Assembly: GCA_965655095.1 (NCBI GenBank)
Contig: OZ296648.1
Coordinates: 100,502,001-100,566,000 of the forward strand
Length of the DNA: 64,000 nucleotides
Direction: 5' to 3'
Source: Haplodiscus bocki
Lineage: Eukaryota
The stretch's first letter is position 1; each line of letters begins with the position of its first letter. Both the position numbers and the translations under genes were made by a program. The notes under the pieces were generated by a model, which ran no database searches, was not told the DNA's origin, and worked only from the letters and a program-made list of their open reading frames with translations. Positions 9,101 to 21,100 of this stretch are shown here, in pieces.

Positions 9101-12100
9101 ATTTGTTAATGAATTTGCAAAATACACTGAAGAAAAAGAAAAACGACCCAACTATGTGAATGCATTTTTACATATTTAAAAATATGTGGCGAAAAATAAG
9201 GGTGTTTGTTAGGACAATATTCCTCGAATAAAGTGCTTTTGTAGGAAACCCAGAACATAGGTAGAAGTAACACCAACGCACCATCGTCTGAAGCGAATGG
9301 CTGGTTGATGAGTCATTGCAACTTCTACACAATGCTGAGCTGGCATCCACATACGAACATGCTGGCTGCTGTCAAAAATAACTCGAGCATCGACATCTGG
9401 AGCAACCTCAACGGTTTCATAATTAACGACTTTGCTGTGCACCTCTCAGTTGACTGTTCATCTGTGCTCAACAAAGGTATTTCCAAATATGGAGTCAAGC
9501 TACGAGAGCATTTCCCGGTTTCGTCAATGTGGATCAACTGCGAATTCACTTACCGTTTTTATTCCGAAAGTTAGTATGTATTAATTTTTTTGGCAATCAG
9601 TTTAAGGTCTATTGCTTTGTGTTTTGCCGCTTAAAATTCAGAAATCTGAAACGGAATGTAACAGCAGTGAATGGTGGATAAACCGACGGGAAAGAGAACC
9701 AATTAAAGCTGGTTTTGAAATTGGGGTGAAATATATGTGGGCTTCAAATATGTTGTGGAGTGAAATTTAAATGTCTTCGAGGAGAAACGTCCTGACACCA
9801 GTGTATTTACAGTTTGAGAGCTAGGCGCTTATTTAAACGCAGCGGAACCATCAAATGAACGAAGCAGTTAAGAGGAAATTTAGCAAATAAGTAACTGTTT
9901 AAGAGGTTTCAATTATTTTCAAAGACGGAGGAGTCAGAGATGTTGATTCTTTTCTGGGCTGCATGCCCAGAAGTCATCCAAAATATGGTATTCGCCATAG
10001 TTTCACCAATTTTTCCTACAGCATGCCCAGCGTTAGTTTTCTGAATGAAACATATTTTGAGCAGAATGCGAAAAATTGTCAAATTTCGTGAAGATTTATT
10101 GTTCATGAAAGTTAATGTTCGAATTGGCCTATTCATTTCTCATTTTCTTCATCAGCGATTAGCGGCGAAAGCGCTTAAAATTTCGGAATAAGTGATCGCG
10201 GCTATAAGTGATTATTTTGTTTCAATTGTTTTTGTGAGCAATTCAAATCCACCCATAATGCGTAAGTTTTACGTAGTGTTGCAAAGCTCATTCTACAGTA
10301 GTGATTTTAATTAATGCGACAACTTTAATGCATAAGTCAACTTTAAGCACGAATAACTTCGGGAATAATCTTTTCGGACAAAGGTACCAGAAACAATATT
10401 TTTAGAATTTTTAGGACATTATAATGGTGTTTGTTTGAAAAATTTCCAACGAATAGAGCAAAAACTAGAAAATGCGTTTTTGGCCAAATTTTCCATTCTT
10501 TTGACAATTTCGTAACTTTAAAAAATTAATAATGGAATTTTACTTCATCAGTAGATGTCCCTGATGTTTCTGAGGCAGCTGATATCATCTGTCGACGGAA
10601 AACTTTTCAAAAACTATTCCAAAAATCATCTTGAATCTACTAAATTTGAAAATCAATGTATCAAAATAGGATGTTAAAATATACTTCTACTTTTTGCATG
10701 TTCTTCCGAAAATTCAAAGTTGTGAAAAAAGTGTTAAATATAAAAGCTCTAGGGAATAACCAAAACTAACAAGTTATGTAATTTGTTTTTTCTATTTTCC
10801 GCCATTGTGAAGATTTTTTACGAAAACTGCCAAAATTAGTCAATATTCGCAATGCTTGCATAGTTTATTTACTTAAATTTGGGAAGCGATTTTCTACCTC
10901 TTTGAAGTACTTGTTTTAGCAAATGAAACAACCATGTAGTAGCCCTTTTAATGAGATTTCTCAGAGTACCTTTGTTCACTCTGATCTCCTTTTATTTATT
11001 TCTCCACTTAGGATTTTGTAAAGCGTATCAAAATAGCTTAGCCGCATTAGTTAAAATCGGTTCCACCCCAAAAATACCCAAAACCAAAATACCCAAGCCC
11101 AAAATACCCATGCCCAAAATACCCAAGATTGAAACAATACCAATTCAATTTTGTGGCGAAAATCACAGTTTTGTCTCACAGTGTCGAAAAATTTATGCGG
11201 TGAATAGCAATTTTGTCTCACAGTGCCGAAAATTTTGAGAAGTGAATTAAATTTTGTCTCACAGTGTCGAAAATTTTGTGGAGCACCCCCGTGTACACCC
11301 AATTTTTTGAACTTCGCGAATTTTTCTGATCAAAGTAATTTTGTGAGAATATTTTGACTTGTGGTATTTTATTTTGTCGGCACCAGTATTTCAAAACATG
11401 AATAAACATTAGAGTATTTAGAAGTATTTAGAGGCGTCTTGAAACTTTTAATTCAAGACGCTGTTAATTATTTAATTAGTATGGCTATTTCAATCTTGGG
11501 TATTTTGGGACTTTGGGTATTTTGGCCTTGGGTATTTTGGGCTTGGGTATTTTGGGTTTGGGTATTTTGTCCTGCCACCATTAAAATCACTACTGTATGT
11601 CACTCTTTAGCGTGAAAACGTTGAGTCGTGACTTGACAAGTTCATCCTTAACGTACTTTGCTTCCGTAGATGATTCTTCTAAAATTTCGTACAAGAACAA
11701 AATTATCTTGAAAGTGCAGGAAAATGTGGCAATTCTTTGAAAATATCATCCAAGGAGCTTTCAGGAAAAGGTTTGATCTATTTAGCAGACGTTTCTTGCC
11801 AGAAAAATTGAAGAAATCAGAAGTCTCTTGCAAAAGTCGTCCATAGAAAATAGCTTTCTTCCAAGATTCTTGCATTTTCCTGCAAGAATAATGCATTATC
11901 TTGCAAGTTCTTGCGGGAAAGCTTCCAAGGGTCTTGCAAAATTATCTGACAGATTTTTTTCCAGGGTCATTGATTGACTTTTTTGTAAGTGTGCTCGCAA
12001 GTAATGCTATGTCTGGGCGTAGGTGTGAGATTTTGCTTCTTTAAAATAGAATACATCTCTATTTGCAAGCTCTGTTTCGCAGAAAATTTAGCTTCCAACT

Positions 12101-15100
12101 GGAATGAAAATGGCAATTCTAATATATTTGCGGATCACCACAGCTCTCATGCAAACCTTTCTCTGAGTGCCAATAAACACCTACCTCTGTTCGATGGTAA
12201 CACTTGTACCAACAACCTGTCTTCTCTTGACGAGAGCTGCTATGGCCACGCATTTGGTGTTGTGACGTCATCAGGATACCTGGTTGTGACAGTTTTCAAC
12301 ACGTATTTCGACTGTTTGAAAGAAAGTTGTGCAATTAATGCTTCGGCTCAAAAACATGATACCGCAAAAGTGGGCTGTATTGACAATTCGTCTGTGCTGG
12401 CTGACAGTTCCGAAAATGTGACGTCGGCTTTGTTTTTCTGGAATGACAAAGGTCGACATGTTATGAGCATCCAAGCAAATGGAAGTGTGACGATTACGAA
12501 GTTTCAACTGTGTTTGATTGAAACAAATCATAACAATAACTGTAAGTTTCCATTTTGATTGATCTACTTCGCTTTAAACTAGGAAACTGAGCGACAATGT
12601 AACGCTATACCGGGTTGAATTCCCAGAGAAAGTCAGCAGTTAACAGCGCTGCTTCAGAGATTTGACATTTTTCAGCGCTGATTCAGAGAGCATGAAAAAC
12701 ATCAGCGCTGATTTGCTTTGAATCAGCGCTGTTCAGAACTGAAAAATTCAGCGCCGTTTCGGAGACAATCAGAGCTTTTCAGCGCTGATTTTCTTAGCTC
12801 TGAAACATAGGGTTTTTAGCGCTGATTTACTCTGAGTTAGCTCTGATATTAACACTTGTAGATGGGAATATCAAACTGTTATAACGTAGGCAGAAGTTAT
12901 GAAAACGCTCAAGTAGTCATTAAAATGGCATTCCTCGTATTCAAAAAAATGTAAATTTCCACTAATATGTTGTAAAAGGGCAGCAAATACTCAATTTTTC
13001 AAAAATAATTTTGCAAGTTCATCCGACTAAACGGGAAAATGCTTTGAAAAATTGAACCATATCAGTTTTTTTTCTTGAGCAGTATTAGAAAACCAAAACT
13101 TTCGAGTTTTTGGTTTTATTTTTGGCCGGTAAGAAAATTGCATAACTCAATTTTTGATGTTCACTTCTCGCAAATTGGGCTGAAAATCTAAATTATGATC
13201 CTCAAAATAAAGGTACTTCTGAAAATTTCGAAAAAAATTGAAAAATGAAGAAATTTTCATTCGGAATCCGTCAAAAATCAGCACTGTTTCAGAGGAAATC
13301 AGCGCTGTTCAGCTCTGAATCAGCGCTGCTTCAGAGATTTTCAGGTGATGACCATCGCTGAAACAGGCCTGAAGTTTTTCTGCTTCAGAGCTGATGAACA
13401 CTGAATGTCTGAGACGTCAACACGGGATTTCTGTCCCTATACAGTAATATTAATAACAACCCTGGATCGGACCAAGGCAGCGCCACCAATAAAGCTCAAA
13501 ATATGGAGAATCATTCGTCTTTTGATGTCAGAGCCGAAGTATTTCGATATTACAGGGACATGCCTTGACCTTTTTTTTGCTAGACATGTGTAGCGTCTAA
13601 TTTGTAGGCAAATTGTAAAATATGACTGCCTGTGTCCAACCAATTGTATCTTTCCAATCGAAGGTATGGTATCAATCCAAGGAGTTGATGTCGTGACCAA
13701 ACTCCTGCAAATTTCGGATGCAAATTTCCCAGTTATATGTTCATGTCGATTGTTTCGTTCAAAGCTCAATACCTCTGCATCTAATTGACGGATTTTCGTG
13801 ATTTTGGCAGAAACGCTACAAGAATCTAATCAACAACATACTAAAATTAGTTGGTTTTCGACAGTTTTTCGGTATTTTTTTTACGAAAGCAACTTGAGAA
13901 TCGAGCTACCTGTAGCTACTTTGGCGACGTATTGTCGAATTCTCGTTTTTTTTTCTCGGTTATATGCCTCCAGCTTCTCGATATCCTACACAGGTTTAAA
14001 CAGGAGACTTTTACTTTCAAATTTTGGGTACGGTGCAAAGTTTTCCGATAGATTATATTGCGAAAAAGCCTAGAAATCGAACATTGCTGGCTTTTTTGTT
14101 AGATCTCTCGTCAATTTGGTATCCTATTGCCTCAGAGAGACTGAAAACGGCCAATATCTAACAGGCAATTAACCTAGAGACTCAACTGTATTACATGGTA
14201 CGTTTTGGTTGCAGTCAAGAACGTTTTCGAATGCTTTTTCTGTTATGTTTTCATCCTACGTTTCGAAGAACAGTCCATAAAACACCAGTTTTGCAAAAGG
14301 GTAGATTTCTTATATACTACGTTTTAGTTGAGGTCAGAATTTTTTGCAATACTTTTTTTTCGCGAGGCAAAAACTTGAAGTGCAGTCTATTTTCGGTGGT
14401 TTGAATAAATTCGGTCAATTTTGAATATCCTGGAAAAAGAATCTAAAAATTAAAATATTACAATCACAGTTTGATGTTTTAAAATTGAAGCTGAAGGTGA
14501 TAGATATTGTAGGTTCAACGCGGGCTTCCTCTTTTTAGACCGACAAACTATGTTGCCGACACTTGTTCCCCTCTTGCTTGTAACTACACTCTTGCTTCAC
14601 TTGTTACGTGCCATACATTTAATTGATTTCGTCCGGCCCACTCCGCTCAGTAGCCTATTACGCTATTATTGGTGTCACCCATTGTTTCTTCCCAACAAAG
14701 TTTTTGTATACCATATTTAATGGAATTGCAGCCGCGGTTTTCAGATTTTTAGGGTTATTTTGCGTCCTCATTTCGAATACGGCTTCAATTCGTATGCGGC
14801 TAGTCGGAAAACTGGGATAGCTAACTAATCTGCTTCTCTATATGGATTCATTGTAGTTCACATTATTACAGTCAGTGCCTCACTATCATTTATATTACCA
14901 CAACGCCGGACTATCGTTTAGAATACTGCAGCTCTTCACTGTCGTTTATATCACTACAGTGCCCCCGATTTAAATGCCACTAGATTATCGCCATATCGGA
15001 AAAACGCCATGAATTCCCTCTACTGATTTGGTGCCTCTTGAATTATCCGAAAATTCACTTTTTCGCCTGCGTCGCAACGTTTGAATACTATTGGCAAACA

Positions 15101-18100
15101 CTTTGGATTGCCTGCTAAAAAAACAATACATTTTTCATACAGGCAAATGTAAGTGAGGATAAATGCTCAGGAAATTGAGGTCAAAACAAATTGTGTTCAA
15201 TGGACAAAAGGGCAAAGAATACTCCAAAAGTTTTTCATGCAGATAATTAAAAGCCGTTTCCAGGTTTCCCTCAGTTTCATTAGCACTTGTTCATCTCTGA
15301 AGTTTTTGGCCGGCATATCTTATGGATGTCTAGATGCGGTAATCGTTTTCCCGCAATTTTGCGCATCATCCGTGGTGTGGTTTGTTCGGATGTGGCGTTA
15401 AGTCGAGAGTGCACTGTGTTAAGTATTAAAATCAGATTCCAAGTTTCGTTAGCATTTTTATCACTATTATTGAACATTGAGAGGCAGAATTCAACTTTTG
15501 TTTGAATCCAATTCTTGTTTGTGTGCGGCTCTAACTTCCTACTACTTTTGGTGCGGCTTGTTTTTGTATGCGGCGTTAATTCGTTCATGGCTAAAATTCG
15601 AATAAATACGGTGCTTGTTATTTCATGAAAAATAATGTTATTCGTAAATCGGTCTATTTTTGTATTTTCCACATGCGCGTTTTAACTAAATAGTTTTTTT
15701 TTGCGTTGATCGTTATTCGCAAATTCCAGAATTAGTCCTTCCATTTTGTTCAAGATTTAATGGTATTAAAGTGACAGAGAGCTTGTCCAAGTTTTTCGTA
15801 AACTACCCAATATCCGCGTTCCTAATCGGGTGCTAATTTTCACGTTTTTGGCGAAGTTTTTCAACCGGTCCTGATTGAAAAACTTTTCAATGATTAAAAA
15901 ACTTCATTTCAATTGTTCAACGTCATAAGACATTGGGCGTGCCACCAATTGTCTAGCCAACAGTAACCACGGATGCTTGCAAAAAATTTATCTAATTTGT
16001 TCATTTTCGCGTGAAAAATGTTTCCTTAAGTTCCTTTGAACCCATTTTTAGAATCACCTCGACCATCTGAATGGTCCGCCGCAATATCCGAGCTTTCGGT
16101 TCCGGTCATCTATTTTTTAATCGAGAGTTATTGATATGCGAAATCAATCGTCTTGAATAGATTTTCGTTTTTCATTTTTTTGTGCAAAATGCCAGAACGT
16201 TATTCGTAGAATTTATGCATTTTTCAGTGTCGTTCGATAATTAGCTCTTTGATTTTGATCATCGCGCCTCAAGAAAGTGTCAACCCTATTTAAAATATAC
16301 GCTGAAACGGTGTGTTGAGGTTTTTCTAGCTCTAACAAAGTATAAATTTTGTAACATTGATGAAAGGGATTGATATTGGTCATTAGATGCTTCGTTATTT
16401 AAGCCTCGCGACTGGCCTCTATAGGAGGCTGGCGAGCGTTGTGATTGAAGGTCCTGATCGTTATTACGTTCAGTCATTTTCCGGCTACATTTTAGTTGCT
16501 TCCAGTCGGTGGTGCGGCAACTTTTGACACTAGACCCCAAAATTGATCCGAACTAAAACGTGTCAAAATCTCATTTTCGCAAACTTTGTCCGATTCACTA
16601 GTCTAAACTTAACCAATGATCGCAATTTTTGCTGCTTTCACCCGAAGTTTCGTCATTTTTCCAAATCAAGTCAACGTTTTTATGTCAATTAGACCAAATT
16701 GAAACCAGCGAATAACGCATTCTTCTTTAAACAAAAATTATGTTTGTTTTTCAAACTGTATTAAATTAGCTAAATTTAGTGAGAGATGATATTCAAAATT
16801 TTGCTATAAAAGCATATGGTGTCCATAACATTGATGGTGTTTTCTGAGATAGTGAATTGTACGTCCCACTTCTTGACCCCGATTCCAGGCAATTTGTTGA
16901 TGAGACCTTAGCAGTTTAGTGAACGCTTGATTAGCCCTTTTCAAAAATTCCTGCGTTTTCAAAAGGTTTTCATTCGATGTTCTCGTGGGAAAAGGGTCAT
17001 TTGTTTCTGAAGCTACCTCGCAAGATGAACTTTCGATAGGCTATTCCCTCTGTATTCACAGTGAAGCTACAATTCTGGCTGCAGTTAATTGGCAAGGAGC
17101 TAGGATGTTGTTTGCTTAATTGGTGTATTTCCAACTTTTTCTCGTTTATTCCTATTTTTTTTTCTAGACGTTGTGTCTCTAATCAACCCATATTTTTTAA
17201 AGGAATGGAAGAGAACAATATATTGCACACCACATTTGGGTGACGCTAGTAATTTTTTCGTTCAGTTGTTATCGCTAACAAGCTTGAAATCGAGCTTGTA
17301 GCAGATGTTTTGTCAATTTTTGATCTTGTAATGTAGAAGATTCCTAGTCAACTCGAAAAAAAAGATCTCGTGTTGATTTTCGAACTAATTGGAATTTGCT
17401 TGAATCTAGGAGAATATTCAGAATGTTGTGCTTCAATGGTCGAGAACCGGCATGTGTCTACTTTTGAAAAACGTTTTCGGACGAAAAACTCGGTGTATTT
17501 ACATTTTCTATAATAGAGAAAGTGTTGCACTTTTTGGGCGATAAGGTGGAAGGCATAAGTCCTATAGATTTTTCTCAGATACGCGCCTTTTTCCGCTCAT
17601 TTTCACAATTGAATTAGTTCCTGGACGGCTGAGAAAAAAAGTGCATCGAACTAATTCAAACTCTAATGTTAAAGCTGAAGATTTTTGATACTATATGTAT
17701 ACCACTTGAACTTCTTTTCGAGACATGCGTAGCGTCAAGACTGTAAAAAAATTGTAAAGTATCAAACTGGTTCATATGTTTGAGTTGACTACGTTTTTTT
17801 AGGCCGACTGCATGTATTATCTTATGTGATTCCATTCGTAATCAGCGTGTCTGGCGTTTACTTTAATGAATTCAACCCTGTGGTTACTTAATGCGTTTAA
17901 ACCTGTAATCCACTCAGCACAAACTATCTTCAAAATCAGCTCATTGAGTGAGATGCCATTTTGCGCTTTTCTTCTGTCTCTTACTCTCCATATGACGTCT
18001 CCAGCTGTCAATCCATACTTAATCGATGTGATATTGCAAAGTTCTTTTTTGTGGTAAGCTTTTCAACAAAACAATGATTTTCGTCTTTTAAAGCAGGAAG

Positions 18101-21100
18101 AATTATCCAACTGTAGTTTTCCGGGGACTTCGTCCTCTTGCCCTTCTCATCATTCACTTTGCTACAATTCAGTCTGTATCCATATAAAATTGCCTTTTCT
18201 TTTGAAATTCTTTCGAAAATTTTCAGATTGTGAATTAGACACATGTACACAAATTCGCAGTTTTTCGGGAGTTCTCGGCCCTCTGACCTTCAAAGCAACT
18301 TTCTTTCAACTTTTCCTCCATTTATCGATGCCGAAGTAATCGATGTTCCGTGTAATGTTTGCTGCTAAAGTTATCTAACTTCGATTTTTTCTGCGGGTTT
18401 TCTGTCATTAAACGTGTTTTCTACTATACCTACCTTCATGTTTCGATGTGACTTTTTTCTGGGTAGTTTCGCGGAATTATGGAAATTTTTGCCAACGTGT
18501 TAACCAGGTTTTAAAGCATGCAAAGTTAACTAATTACACATTTTTCGGGTATTTTTCCTCCTAAAACTCAACTTTTATCGATGGGGACTTACAATTTTTT
18601 TCTTTTTTTCCATCATAGTGTGTTTTACGATGTAAAAATCATTCTAGCAGTATGTGGACTTTCTCACCGGAATTTTGCTTCTTTTTAATACCCGAATTAA
18701 ATGGACTCGTAGAATACATTTTTAACCCTGCTGAAAACTTTTCGCTCAAATGCCGAATTTTGTCCGCTCAATGTCCAAAAATTATTATGTTCTTGTATGT
18801 TTTCCATACAATATTCCTGTCGGTACCTAGAAAATACTCTCGACAAATCTGCCGAAGTCTTTTTTGCTCAAACTCTGCAAATTTTCGCCGAAGTTGGTGA
18901 AAAGATTTGTAAGTTTTTTCAGTTTTTTTGTCCCAAATTTTGCACTGGACACCTAGAATGCAGTTATGACAACCCTGCCAAAATCTTCTGCTAGAGGTGC
19001 GAATTAGAAAATAAACATATAATTTGAAAAAGTCCCAAATTTTTTCTCTGGACTCGTGAAATGAAGTTTTGACAACCCTGTAGAAAATTTTTCGCTGAGA
19101 GTCCGATTCTTTCTTCACTCAAATCCGAAGAAGGTTATAAATTTGTGTTCTCTAAAACTTTCCCCATAATTTCGCTCTAAAAATCAGTTTTGAGAATACC
19201 ACTTTTGGTCTGAATTTGTTCTTCAGGTGATAAGAGTTGGCCTCCTCGCACCCTTCGTTGCTTGTGTTTTTCATTCCTGCTCTTTCAATTTTCAGCCTCT
19301 TCTGACCCACCGTCTTCGGACAATATTGCAGCGCTGCACTTTTCGTAAGTTATTCGGAGATATGGAAATTTTGCATAAGTCCCTATATGTTTGAAAGTAA
19401 ATTTACTCAGCTAACTTCATTTTTCTCGATGATCTTCTCAGCTCCACCCACTAATCCATCTTTCTGGCTGCTAATCATAGCTGAGTTGTTTCAACGATCC
19501 CAACAGTTATCCCAACTGATGTGCAAATTTTCCAACATTTTTCAAAGAAGAAATTGTGGATCAGTTTTCCCGAAGGTGCAATAACAGGTGTCCCCTGGCA
19601 TTGTTTTTCTGACTGTGGAACATTTTTTTACTTTGTGCGCAAAATCGAAATATTTTGAAAATATTGATCCCTAGGTCGAACAGGAAAGTAGCTTTTATAA
19701 TAAACTTCTTCTGAAAACAAGTAAATCTTCATCGAGCTATGTCAAACACAGAATTACTTTCTTAAAAGGTCGTCCCTTCTAAAAAAAAAAGAGTTCGAAG
19801 AAGACGGAATTGCTTTTACGAACTCGACTGAACATCTGATGCCCATAAACTCAAAGCGCTATCGAAACAAGAAACGTTTTTGTCCAACACAAAAAGACAA
19901 TTTCTGAACAGGTTGTGCGTATGCAAATTCGCATCATAAAAAGATGATTTTGCATCTTCCAACTCAACTAAATATTTGATGTACAAATCCAAAAAAAAAC
20001 AATTTTGAACAGCATTTCACGTTCCCTTCACAATGCTGGAACGAGAAACTTTTTCGAAAAAGACGTTCTTCTAAAATCCGTATCATGAAAGATAATTCAC
20101 TCCTAAAAACTAAATTCAGCATTTGATGCAAATGTTTGGGCTATCAGAAAAACCGTATATGAGATGAAAAAATTCTTGTCGCATCCAGCCGGAAAAGACA
20201 GATCTCTAAAATTGTCTTTTCCAGTTTTCTCCGGGAAACATCGTTGTTTGAAATGCTGCGCTTTCGAAAGCTCACCACAGAAAGTGGGGTTGAATTTGCC
20301 TGGTAACAGAAAAATAAAAATTTGCTGTTTAAAGCAAATTCTCCCCAACAATACCTGACAACTGAGCCATGGGAAACAATTGATTCTCAGGGCTTGGTGA
20401 GCGTAAAGCCTTTTAGAAAAAATCACATGGTAATTTGCTATGGCAGGAAACAGAAAATTGTGACTTGACTTGCCAATATTCCGAGCGAGTCATTGAACAT
20501 CAAACCCTACAGACACGGATACCTAAAGTACGTTGGTTCATTCCACTTACCATGGCAACATGCCGCACTCCTTTTCATACTAATTCATGGAACCTCAAAC
20601 TTTCAGAAGATACTCTAGTATGGAGGGATAACAGACTACCTGTAAATTTGAAAACTCTATGAAACGACAAACAAGGCACAGTAGTCTACAGCTAACAGAA
20701 AACGAAGAAAGCTTTAGGCAGTGCCTCAAGTGGATCAAGTAACAGTTAGTTTTGGACGGCTTTTGCCGATTTCTGAGGTACAGCGAATCAAACTCCAGAG
20801 CATTCCCATAATCCCTAGGCAGCGTCGGGTTTCACGGAGTTGTGCTTTTGACATTTATTTTAAAAATTTACCTCAGTATTTTTTCTGAAAGGAAGCAGAC
20901 CTTTTTGTTTGTTTCACGGATTTGGAGCCAATTGCGGGTTTAGAGGTCAACAAAGTGTTTTATAAATTGAAAAAGAAACTGTAATTTTCAAAAAGCACTG
21001 TACTTCGGTCGGTAATAAAGGGCGATGCAAACTTCTAGGCAATGGAGCGATTGGATCCTATGACGATTACTTTGCGATGCCCCTCGCCAGCCTCTCAATT

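Noticed and set aside
11165-11280. Three ~22-bp direct repeats with variable spacers, superficially CRISPR-like
   Set aside because: The spacers are only about 18-20 bp and resemble each other, there are no cas genes, the context is a eukaryotic intron, and the repeats lie inside a MITE.
10951-11302. ORFs with KIPKPKIP / WVFWAWVF periodic peptides
   Set aside because: They are translations of the 15-bp tandem arms of the foldback element. The MED16 exon phases do not require an exon here.
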